From an uncultured Clostridia bacterium (GTDB lineage: Bacteria; Bacillota; Clostridia; Christensenellales; UBA1242): DNA of 64,000 bases. Under the pieces are notes generated by a model. That model was not told where the DNA came from and did not search any database. It saw only the letters and a program-made list of their open reading frames with translations. Positions 56,267 to 64,000 of the stretch are shown here, piece after piece; position 1 is the stretch's first letter, and every line of letters starts with the position of its first letter. Made by a program: the position numbers and the translations under genes. Location: contig CANPYI010000004.1 of the NCBI GenBank assembly GCA_947588355.1, positions 1,244 through 65,243 on the forward strand, written 5' to 3'.

Positions 56267-56617
56267 TCACACGCATACGCCAACAACATGGACATTGACC
56301 GTGTCAACAATCATGCCTGTGAAATTTTCTACTGAATACTTTACTGTTTTTTTTAAACTTTCTGCCACCGCGCTGATAGAAACACCGTACTTGAGAATGC
56401 AGTGTATGTCGATAAAAATACGGTTGTCAATGTGGCTTATGGTCACACCTTTGGAATAATGCTCCTTATGAAAAAGTTCGCGGGCGCTCTCTCGAAAATT
56501 TTTTGAGACAAGGTCCACAACACCATAACAATCCAAAGCAACAAAACCAGCAACAGTGCGAATGGCATTGTCGCTGATTGAAATATTTCCATAATAGTTG
56601 TTTGTGTCAACGGTCAA
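56267..56617 (-). CDS. Asp23/Gls24 family envelope stress protein (YloU)
   Basis: 116 aa; ISDNAIRTVAGFVALDCYGVV and VNVHVVGV are typical of Asp23. Confidence 0.88.
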   Translation of the reverse strand: MTVDTNNYYGNISISDNAIRTVAGFVALDCYGVVDLVSKNFRESARELFHKEHYSKGVTISHIDNRIFIDIHCILKYGVSISAVAESLKKTVKYSVENFTGMIVDTVNVHVVGVCV

Positions 56618-56861
56618 AGGAATTATCCTCCAAAGGATTTAATGAATTCAAAATCTTGCATGGATACAAAAAGAGAATGCTCCCATGTTGAGATAATGAT
56701 ACAACATTTGAAAAGTTTTGACAAGCAAAATGGCAACAAAAATGAAAAATTTTGGCACAGACATTTGACTTTCGTTATATGATATGAAAGATCTGCCAAA
56801 AGATATGTCCAACAAAAACAGGCATAAGTTTGTCATTGTGACAAAAAAGATTTCAAAATCG

Positions 56862-56890
56862 CTTGCAATTTGAAAAGAGGTGTGATATAA
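56862..56890 (+). promoter_or_regulatory. promoter of rpmB (extended -10)
   Basis: TTGCAA-17 nt (ending TGa)-TATAAT. Confidence 0.6.
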
Positions 56891-56951
56891 TTTGCCAAGA
56901 AAAAATCCAAAGTGCCATAGTTGGCGCGGAACAATAAAAGGAGAATGTGTG

Positions 56952-57122
56952 ATGAGCAAAGTTTGTGAAGTTTGCGGCAAAGGAAAGATGGCAGGAAACA
57001 CAGTAAGCCACTCCAACCGTAAAGCGCCAAGAAAATATGATGCCAACCTTCAAACCACCGAAATCAATGGCAAAAAAGTGAAAGCTTGTACAAAGTGCAT
57101 CAAAACAGCAAAGAAAAAATAA
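56952..57122 (+). CDS. rpmB: 50S ribosomal protein L28
   Basis: Internal start MSKVCEVCGKGKMAGNTVSHSNRK behind AAGGAG. ORF 56892.. is over-extended. Confidence 0.93.
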   Translation: MSKVCEVCGKGKMAGNTVSHSNRKAPRKYDANLQTTEINGKKVKACTKCIKTAKKK

Positions 57123-57144
57123 GAGGCCGCTGCCTCTTTTTTTT
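57122..57144. terminator. terminator between rpmB and the Mur ligase gene
   Basis: agaggc-cgct-gcctct-T8. Confidence 0.8.
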
Positions 57145-57152
57145 GTTCCAAT

Positions 57153-58553
57153 TTATCTAAAATTGTCGGGAAGGTCGTTTTCAAAAAGCACAGTGTCGCC
57201 AACTTTAAGAAGAGATTTGAGAATTGTTTTCTGCTCGTCGCGAGTTTTGGCGCAGATGATTTTACATTTGCCCTCTGCACCCTGCATGAGGGCTTTTTTG
57301 TTGACCTCGTTCATAAGCACAAACACGTCGGCAACTTTTGAAACCTCTTGCCCTGCAACAACATTGGTGTCAAATTGACTTTTGCCAAGTTCCACGATGC
57401 CGGGCGAAACAACAATCTTTCTGCCCTCAAAAGTGGCAAGCACCGACAAAGCCTCTTTAAAGCCGGAAAGATTGCTGTTGTAGGAATCGTCAATCACACT
57501 GACAAAACCCTTTATAAGTTGCAAGCGATGTGAAGTTTGTTTCAGTTTTTCGATAGCGCGCACAATGTCAAAATCACTTTCACCCAAAAGATGTGCCATC
57601 GCCGAGGCCACAACAATATTGTCTATGTTCGCTTTACCCAAAAGCGATGTTTTGCAAAAAAGTTCCTTTCCGTCAAGCACAAGTGTAAACTCACTGCCAC
57701 TGCCATCAAACTTTATGCCTTTTGCATAGGCAAACGAATTTTCCTCGCACACCAAATACTTTTTTCGGGGATATCTGTTGAAAAGTTTTTTACTCCCCTC
57801 ACTTTTGCCATTGAAAACAACCACATCTTTTGCACCCTCACACAACTCATATTTTGTGTTCTGCAAATTTTCCAACGAGCCAAAAGTTTCCAAATGGCAA
57901 TTTCCAAGTGGTGTGATTATTCCAAAATCAACACCAACAAGTTTGCAAAGTTGTTCAATATCCCCCTTTCGCCTGGCACCAAACTCCACAATCAAAAAAT
58001 CGTCAGTTTCTTTCAAATTTTCCAAAATAGTTTTACAAATTCCCATCGGAGTGTTGAAACTTTTTGGCGAAGCGCAAACATCAAACTCCTCACTCAAAAT
58101 TTGATATAAAATTTCCTTTGTCGAAGTTTTTCCAAAACTGCCTGTTATAGCAATAGTTTTGCAAGAGCATTTTTTAAGTTTGTTTTTTGCTTTGTTGACA
58201 AAATTTTGCCTAATCTGTTTTTCAATCGGCATCATAATCAAAAAAGGCACAATTGCCCAGAACGGCAAAAACAGAACAAACAAAATGACAAGCACAAAAT
58301 TTACCCAAAAACTTGGAATAACTCCAAAAAAGAAAACAAAAACAACAAAATTTAATAAAAAAGTGCAAACAAAAAGCCTTTTTATGCGATTTGTAAAAAC
58401 AAGAGGTGTTTTTTTGCCAAAAGCAAAATCAAGTTTTTTCACCTTGTGCCAATAGTTGTCAACACGATAATTTTCAAGTTGAAAAGTTTTTATGTAAATA
58501 CATGAAACAAACAAAATCAAAATTGCTATCAAAAAAGCGTACAAAACAAACAT
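57153..58553 (-). CDS. Mur ligase family protein (MurF-like) with an N-terminal polytopic membrane domain
   Basis: Residues ~1-125 are 3-4 TM helices. These are followed by AITGSFGKTSTKE (P-loop), EFGARRKGDI, and DDSYNSN in the C-terminal domain. Confidence 0.8.
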   Translation of the reverse strand: MFVLYAFLIAILILFVSCIYIKTFQLENYRVDNYWHKVKKLDFAFGKKTPLVFTNRIKRLFVCTFLLNFVVFVFFFGVIPSFWVNFVLVILFVLFLPFWAIVPFLIMMPIEKQIRQNFVNKAKNKLKKCSCKTIAITGSFGKTSTKEILYQILSEEFDVCASPKSFNTPMGICKTILENLKETDDFLIVEFGARRKGDIEQLCKLVGVDFGIITPLGNCHLETFGSLENLQNTKYELCEGAKDVVVFNGKSEGSKKLFNRYPRKKYLVCEENSFAYAKGIKFDGSGSEFTLVLDGKELFCKTSLLGKANIDNIVVASAMAHLLGESDFDIVRAIEKLKQTSHRLQLIKGFVSVIDDSYNSNLSGFKEALSVLATFEGRKIVVSPGIVELGKSQFDTNVVAGQEVSKVADVFVLMNEVNKKALMQGAEGKCKIICAKTRDEQKTILKSLLKVGDTVLFENDLPDNFR

Positions 58554-58566
58554 ATTCCCTCCACAA

Positions 58567-59289
58567 TCAGTCTTTCAAAAATTTTTCAAGTGCCAACAAA
58601 AATTGCAATCTTTTGTCCAAAAAGCAAAAATGTCCAGCATTTTCCAAAATCAACAACTCGCTGTTTTTTATTCTTCTATGCAGTTTTTTTGCCATGTAGA
58701 TCGGCGTTTCTTGGTCATTTTTACCATAAATAATCAGTGTTTTTGCACAAATAAACGGCAAAAAATCCTCCAAATAAGTGTTTACAACACTTTTGAATAT
58801 TTTTTTCATGTTTTCGTCAAGAGCCAAATAATCTGCACTGCCATATTTTGAAACATCACAGCCAAAAAATTTTTTAATGTTGTAGACAAGTTTTTTAAAG
58901 TAAAAAACAACACTTCTGCGAGGCTTTAAACCGGCACTGTCCACAAGCACCACCTTTTGCGTTTCTTTTTTACACAAAACAGCCAAAATAATGGCAACTC
59001 TGCCACCAAAAGAATGTCCAATAAGGTTAAACTTTTTTATGTCCAACTGCGAAAGTAAAGATATGACCATGTTTGCATATGTGAAAATTGTCCAATCCTT
59101 GATCTTTTTGCTGCTCTCTCCAAAAGGCGGAAAGTCAATAAACAAACTACTTTGATTGTGCAAAAATTTGTGACAAAAAACAAGCATTTTGTGGCTACAA
59201 CCCCAGCCATGCAAATAGACGTTCACAACTTCTGTCTTCTTGTCAAAAAATCGATAAAACACTTGCGCATCGCGAAATTTTTTTATCAT
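58567..59289 (-). CDS. alpha/beta hydrolase
   Basis: Nucleophile elbow GHSFGG and a C-terminal ...NAGHF motif. Confidence 0.8.
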   Translation of the reverse strand: MIKKFRDAQVFYRFFDKKTEVVNVYLHGWGCSHKMLVFCHKFLHNQSSLFIDFPPFGESSKKIKDWTIFTYANMVISLLSQLDIKKFNLIGHSFGGRVAIILAVLCKKETQKVVLVDSAGLKPRRSVVFYFKKLVYNIKKFFGCDVSKYGSADYLALDENMKKIFKSVVNTYLEDFLPFICAKTLIIYGKNDQETPIYMAKKLHRRIKNSELLILENAGHFCFLDKRLQFLLALEKFLKD

Positions 59290-59320
59290 ATTTACATTCT
59301 ATGTGACAAAAAATTTTGTG

Positions 59321-60628
59321 TTATTTAACAAACTTGTTTTTCTGTGCGATAGTTGGCAGATCCCCAGCACCGACAAAAAGCAGAATCGTATTTTTTGAGG
59401 AAAACCCTTTCAAATAGGTCTGCAAATTTGAAAAATTGTCGAAATATCTGGCATTTTTGTTGTTTTTTTGCAATATTTTTGCCAAATCTCTGCCCGAAAG
59501 ACCATCACTATGTTCTTCACGTGCAGAATATGTTTTGAAAATTATTGGATACTCCACCGTTTCAAACACTTTGACAAATTCTGGCAAAAGTGTTTTTGTA
59601 CGCGAAAATGTGTGAGGTTGAAAAATCACCACAAGCGTTTTTTCTTTAAAAATTTTCTTGGCAGACAAAATAGCCTTGGAAATCTCTGTTGGATGATGCG
59701 CGTAATCAAAAATGACATTTTCAAAGAATTTACTTTCTTTTCGCTCAAAACGAGTTTGCACGCCCTTAAATTCTTGCAGACCTTGTTTGATAAAGCAATC
59801 AGAAATTCCCAACTTTTTTGCCACCAAAAAAGCATTGACGCAGTTTTGCGTATTCACTTCTTCACATATGTTCAGATGTAAATTCATTATCTTTTGCCCA
59901 TCTTGAACGAGTGAAAATACAAGTCGACCTTTTCTGTCATGGCAGACATGTTTTGCTTGTAAGTTTTGCAAATTTTCAACCACTTGACAAGAATTTTTGC
60001 GGAATTGCTCAAATGATTTTTTTTCATTTTCAAAACTTTTAAAATAGTCCAAATGCTCCGGCTCAACATTGGTTATTAAGGCAACATAAGGTCTCAAAAA
60101 CAAAAAATTGTCATGATATTCGCATGCCTCAGTGATAAAAAACTCTTTTTCTCCGATTGCAAAATTCAGTCCGTCATCTATTTTGTATCCTCCAAGATGT
60201 AATGTTGGCTGTTTTCCAGAGACACGCAAAATGTTGTAAATCATTGCGGTTGTGGTGGTTTTTCCGTGCGACCCTGCCACCGCCACCACTTTTTCGTAAT
60301 TTTGGCTTATCTGTCCCAAAATCACACCCCGTGGAACAATCTTTTTGCTCATTTTTTTTGCAAAAAGCATAAGCGGGTCGTCATTTTTTATTGCCGAAGA
60401 ATGCACCACCAAATCGCAATTTTCTATCTTTTGAAAAGTTTTTTTTGGAATTTTTTTAGTTTTTGTCGGCAAATCAACTTCAATATTGTTGTCTTGCAAA
60501 ATTTGCACGCCTTTGCCCGTATTTTCGTCCCAGCCACTCACCTGATATCCTTCCGCTTTAAGCATCACTGCCAAAGCAGACATGGAAACACCGCCTATTC
60601 CAAGCATATACACTTTTTTCATTTGCAC
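59321..60628 (-). CDS. murC: UDP-N-acetylmuramate--L-alanine ligase
   Basis: GIGGVSMSALA Rossmann N-terminus, GSHGKTTTT, DYAHHP. The start is either GTG at 60628 or ATG at 60622. Confidence 0.92.
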   Translation of the reverse strand: MQMKKVYMLGIGGVSMSALAVMLKAEGYQVSGWDENTGKGVQILQDNNIEVDLPTKTKKIPKKTFQKIENCDLVVHSSAIKNDDPLMLFAKKMSKKIVPRGVILGQISQNYEKVVAVAGSHGKTTTTAMIYNILRVSGKQPTLHLGGYKIDDGLNFAIGEKEFFITEACEYHDNFLFLRPYVALITNVEPEHLDYFKSFENEKKSFEQFRKNSCQVVENLQNLQAKHVCHDRKGRLVFSLVQDGQKIMNLHLNICEEVNTQNCVNAFLVAKKLGISDCFIKQGLQEFKGVQTRFERKESKFFENVIFDYAHHPTEISKAILSAKKIFKEKTLVVIFQPHTFSRTKTLLPEFVKVFETVEYPIIFKTYSAREEHSDGLSGRDLAKILQKNNKNARYFDNFSNLQTYLKGFSSKNTILLFVGAGDLPTIAQKNKFVK

Positions 60629-60788
60629 CTACTTCAAGTATCTTGTATGCTTTTGACTATCGTCATGTGACCTGTCAAAAAAGATATTTTTTTAAAAACA
60701 CCTAAAAATATTTTGAAAAAGACTGAAAAAGTGATATACTCTATATTGACCGAGTACGGTTAGACTAAAAAAAGGAAGGTATAAAAAC

Positions 60789-61061
60789 TTGAACATTACG
60801 GACATTAGAGTAAGAATTGTCAACAACAGCAACGACAAACTCAAGGCAGTGGCTTCAATCACAATTGATGATGAACTTGTTGTACACGACATCAAAATCA
60901 TCAATGGCGAAAAAGGATATTTCCTTTCAATGCCAAGCCGCAAGACAAGTGAAGGAGAATTTAAGGACATTGTTCACCCAATCAAAACACAAGTGCGTGA
61001 AGAATTGAAAGAAAAAATTCTCAAAGCATACGAAGATGCTCTTGCTGCAAACAATCAATAA
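60789..61061 (+). CDS. spoVG: septation/sporulation regulator SpoVG
   Basis: TTG start behind GGAAGG. ITDIRVRIVNNSNDKLKAVASITIDDELVVHDIKII.GEKGYFLSMPSRK. Confidence 0.93.
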   Translation: MNITDIRVRIVNNSNDKLKAVASITIDDELVVHDIKIINGEKGYFLSMPSRKTSEGEFKDIVHPIKTQVREELKEKILKAYEDALAANNQ

Positions 61062-61074
61062 AGAGTTTTAAATA

Positions 61075-61107
61075 ATAAAAAAATAGGCATTTTTGCCTAT
61101 TTTTTTA
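61075..61107. terminator. bidirectional terminator between spoVG and ypeB
   Basis: A7-taggca-tttt-tgccta-T7. Confidence 0.8.
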
Positions 61108-62568
61108 CATCAATTTTGACCCGTCATCTGTTTCGACAACTTTGAGGATATTTTCTTCAAGTCCGGTCTGTGCATTCAAATAAATATAATATGTCGCACC
61201 ATTTCGCTCGGCCTCAAACTCATAGCAAAGCACCTCGCGGTTGAAATCAAGCGGTGCAAGCACAAGCCTTTGACCTACGATATTGAAACTTTTGTCCACT
61301 CTTTCACGAGCAAGGTCAACGCCAATGCCACCTTGCTTTATATCTCTGTTTGTGTGATTTGTGAAGTATGAAATGGCATCATAGCCAATCACGTCGCCGT
61401 GTTCAAGATCCACTTTCACTTTCACAAGGTCGGGATAAAGGACCACATCACCTTGTTTTGGCGTGATATTGAAGTATGCCTGACTTTTCAGTTCTTGTTT
61501 CCAAACAATGCTTGCGTTTTCCACACCGTTTGCTTTGGCAAAATCCAATGCGATTTTTTCCGCTTTTGCCATGTCAATATTGCGTTGGTCACTGTCCAAA
61601 TTTCCGCTGACTGTCAGCACATGACCGCCAATTTTTGTCACCTGAACAAACAATTTTTGGTCGTCACTGTTTGAAAGTGTAAAGTTGTATGTGGCAAATT
61701 TTCCGTCAGTTTGATTGTCATATTTCAAATTTGCGGTGTTTTTAAACAATTTGTCCACTTTTTCATACGCTTGTTCTTTGGGAATTTCATTTCCAGAAAG
61801 CCCCTTCACTTTTGCATTGACAACGCTGTCCGAAAATGGCCCGTCATATATCATTGAAGGATAGTCTGTGTCGTCGGTTTTTATTTGAGCGAAATCCAAC
61901 GAAAATTCGTCATAGTCGCCATTCATCCTGTTGGAGGCTTCCAAAATACTGTAGCCGTCAAGCATTTTTTGTGACATGCGGTTGAGATATCTCTTCATTT
62001 CGGTCAAACTTTCATGCATTTCGTTTAATGTTTTAAGGTCACTTTCTGACAAAGAGCCGCCCTTTGCAAGTTTTTCCTCCAAAGTTTGAGTGTAGCCCGA
62101 CATCTGATTGATAAATTTGACACTTTCCATAATGTTCTCGCCCGTGAGAGGCAGTGCGGCAACATTGTTTTGCATGTCGTATGATGCTTGTGCAATTTCA
62201 GTAAGCATTTTGGCTTGATAGTTGTCGTCCTTAGATGCCAAAAGTTTGCTTATTTTCATGTCAGCATTGTTGGCGTTGTCCACAAGTTCGTAATAATTCT
62301 TCTTGTAAATGTTTTCAATCTGCAAGCCATAACTGTTTGCCTGACTTTGTGTTATGCCATAGGCAATGCCAAGCCCCAAAGTGCTTGCTCCCAAAATGCT
62401 TGTGGCAATTGTAAGCCCGACAACCGCACCAGAAAGAGCACGAATTTTTTGCGGTCTGTTTTTGTTTTCTTTTTTATTTTTCATGCTTTTAGGATTATTA
62501 TTTTTGTCAGACTTATTCATATTTTCGTCTGCCATAACTTTTTTCAAATTCACATCTTGCTTTTTCAT
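61105..62568 (-). CDS. ypeB: germination protein YpeB
   Basis: 487 aa with an N-terminal TM and PepSY-type C-terminal repeats; immediately downstream of sleB. Confidence 0.88.
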   Translation of the reverse strand: MKKQDVNLKKVMADENMNKSDKNNNPKSMKNKKENKNRPQKIRALSGAVVGLTIATSILGASTLGLGIAYGITQSQANSYGLQIENIYKKNYYELVDNANNADMKISKLLASKDDNYQAKMLTEIAQASYDMQNNVAALPLTGENIMESVKFINQMSGYTQTLEEKLAKGGSLSESDLKTLNEMHESLTEMKRYLNRMSQKMLDGYSILEASNRMNGDYDEFSLDFAQIKTDDTDYPSMIYDGPFSDSVVNAKVKGLSGNEIPKEQAYEKVDKLFKNTANLKYDNQTDGKFATYNFTLSNSDDQKLFVQVTKIGGHVLTVSGNLDSDQRNIDMAKAEKIALDFAKANGVENASIVWKQELKSQAYFNITPKQGDVVLYPDLVKVKVDLEHGDVIGYDAISYFTNHTNRDIKQGGIGVDLARERVDKSFNIVGQRLVLAPLDFNREVLCYEFEAERNGATYYIYLNAQTGLEENILKVVETDDGSKLM

Positions 62569-62577
62569 GCTGCCTCC

Positions 62578-63261
62578 TTAGACCGCAAACACATGTTTGC
62601 CGATCGTTACAGTGGTCTTTCTGCTCCAAATCCATTTGCTTGTGGCAGTGGCAGGATTGTAGTAGTAAATTGCTCCATATGTAGGATCCCAGCCGTTTAG
62701 TGCATCTCGTGCAGCATTGTAGGCAGTTTGATTAGGCTCCAAGTTTATCTGTCCGTCACTGACAGCAGTGAAAGCATAAGGCTGATAAATCACTCCAGCA
62801 ATTGTGTTTGGAAAAGATGGACTTTTCACGCGGTTTAATATCACCGCTGCAACTGCAACTTGCCCAGTGTAACTCTCTCCACGTGCCTCTGCATGCACAC
62901 ATTTTGCCAAAAGATATAGGTCGTTGTTTGAGGTGCTGCTGTCGTCACTGCCTCCGCCAATGCTCATGCCAAGTGCCGCGGCTGTTTTTGGACCAACAAT
63001 GCCGTCAACTGCAAGACCATTTTTTTGTTGAAACAATCTGACCGCTTTTCGCGTAAGGTTGCCGTAAATCCCGTCAACTTTGCCGGTATAGTAGCCCCAG
63101 CGTTTAAGTTTTGTTTGCACAGTTCTTGTTTGACTTGTTGTCAAGGCCGCTTCCACAACAAGCGGCTGATTTTGCGATATGTAATCACTTGCAATTGCCG
63201 CCGTCACGGGCAGAAAGGCAAACACAACTGCAAAAACTGCCGCAATAATTCGTTTTTTCAT
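62578..63261 (-). CDS. sleB: spore cortex-lytic enzyme SleB
   Basis: Signal peptide, PG-binding domain (GIYGNLTRKAVRLFQQKNGLAVDGIVGPKT), and a hydrolase-2 domain (CVHAEARGESYTGQVAVAAVILNR). Confidence 0.92.
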   Translation of the reverse strand: MKKRIIAAVFAVVFAFLPVTAAIASDYISQNQPLVVEAALTTSQTRTVQTKLKRWGYYTGKVDGIYGNLTRKAVRLFQQKNGLAVDGIVGPKTAAALGMSIGGGSDDSSTSNNDLYLLAKCVHAEARGESYTGQVAVAAVILNRVKSPSFPNTIAGVIYQPYAFTAVSDGQINLEPNQTAYNAARDALNGWDPTYGAIYYYNPATATSKWIWSRKTTVTIGKHVFAV

Positions 63262-63262
63262 C

Positions 63263-63796
63263 TTATCCTCCAATTTTGTTTGTTACAGAGTATATTATCT
63301 CCCAAATTTTTGAAATATACTCCACATTGGCAGGATTTTTTGTGTTTACAAAGCATACAGCAGGAAAAACAACACACCACCAATTGTCGCCTTTCGCCTG
63401 ACCAAGACTTATTTGCACAACATCATAAACTCCCTCCTCCAAAACAAGATCGCCATATGCACGAGTTGGCATATCTTCAGATGTGATTTGCACCTGTGCA
63501 CCATAGTTTGCCCCCTCACGCTCAAGAGCGGTGTTTGCAACCTGTTGCAAAAGGTTTTGGTTGTTTGAAATTATCTCAAGTGCCTCTTGCTTTGTTTTCG
63601 CTTCAGACAAATATGGAATCAAAAATTCCACAACGGCGTCTTTGACGACATATTTCACATTCTGGTCAAAATTGGAATTGGAGTTTGCCACAACATGAAT
63701 GCGCATATACTCCTCCGTTTGAGGTTTTTGACCACCAAAAACAAAAATTCCAACACAAATAGCAACAACTCCAAAAAATGCCAGAATATATTTCAT
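63263..63796 (-). CDS. spoIIR: stage II sporulation protein R
   Basis: Signal anchor, MRIHVVANSNS, and GDNWWCVVFPAVCF signature. Confidence 0.92.
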   Translation of the reverse strand: MKYILAFFGVVAICVGIFVFGGQKPQTEEYMRIHVVANSNSNFDQNVKYVVKDAVVEFLIPYLSEAKTKQEALEIISNNQNLLQQVANTALEREGANYGAQVQITSEDMPTRAYGDLVLEEGVYDVVQISLGQAKGDNWWCVVFPAVCFVNTKNPANVEYISKIWEIIYSVTNKIGG

Positions 63797-63901
63797 AACT
63801 CACCTCAAAAGCATTTTTGACGGAAAAACAATAAAAAAACCACAAAAATTGTTGTTTTTATGGCTTTTTTATTGAAAGAGGATTTAAGGCTTTTTATTTT
63901 T

Positions 63902-64000
63902 TTATTTCAAATTGTAAAACACAACAACATTTTCGTCTTTTTCAAGCGGGAATGAAAGTTCTGGATTTTGGAAGACGACAGTTTCTTCCTTCACGCGAAT
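63902..64000 (-). CDS. 3' end of an unidentified gene (runs off the right edge)
   Basis: In-frame minus-strand reading ...IRVKEETVVFQNPELSFPLEKDENVVVFYNLK* ending at 63902; no function assignable. Confidence 0.35.
   Translation of the reverse strand: MRVKEETVVFQNPELSFPLEKDENVVVFYNLK

Noticed and set aside
56648-57046. 132-aa minus-strand ORF in the asp23-rpmB divergent region.
   Set aside because: It overlaps the rpmB promoter and the rpmB coding start on the opposite strand, has no RBS, and gives hydrophobic low-complexity sequence. The 334-bp spacer more plausibly holds the two divergent promoters.

Overview
A 64-kb chromosomal window from a low-GC, AT-rich, endospore-forming Firmicute; gene content and synteny look Clostridia-like. 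About 60 protein genes are tightly packed, almost all on the minus strand. Conserved housekeeping blocks, in window order (all minus strand unless noted):
- era(5' end)-ybeY-yqfD-yqfC, floA
- rpmA-prp-rplU, rluD-lspA-sepF
- str operon rpsL-rpsG-fusA-tuf
- pcrA-ligA, rpsU, mtaB-rsmE
- heat-shock operon hrcA-grpE-dnaK-dnaJ with CIRCE
- rplM-rpsI, marR-degV, tRNA-Arg(CCU) on the plus strand
- spoIVA, yjbR, plsY, der, feoAB, nrdR (plus strand), ylmC
- ftsA-ftsZ-spoIIGA-sigE, with sigG inverted on the plus strand
- serS (plus strand), yloV-asp23 divergent from rpmB
- murC-hydrolase-Mur ligase, spoVG (plus strand), spoIIR-sleB-ypeB

No transposase, integrase, CRISPR array or recognisable defence or toxin system is visible. 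The observations most worth follow-up are not classical genes:
1. Two G9/C9 homopolymer tracts with near-identical flanks. One lies in the spacer of the promoter of an 849-aa repetitive surface lipoprotein. The other frameshifts a membrane GDPD-family gene. Both are candidate phase-variation switches.
2. A conserved multi-stem hairpin motif with compensatory base changes sits directly 3' of two unrelated genes. One copy is embedded in an abnormally long, GC-richer, highly structured rpsG-fusA spacer.
3. A tandem ~140-bp repeat, each unit carrying its own intrinsic terminator, lies downstream of tuf.
4. GrpE carries a metallothionein-like Cys-rich N-terminus.
5. sigG is inverted and converges on sigE with 1 bp between the stop codons.
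6. Two paralogous unknown genes share near-identical promoter and 5' ends.
7. A Mur ligase has a membrane domain in place of its N-terminal domain.

All calls come from reading the sequence and the ORF translations; no database search was possible.
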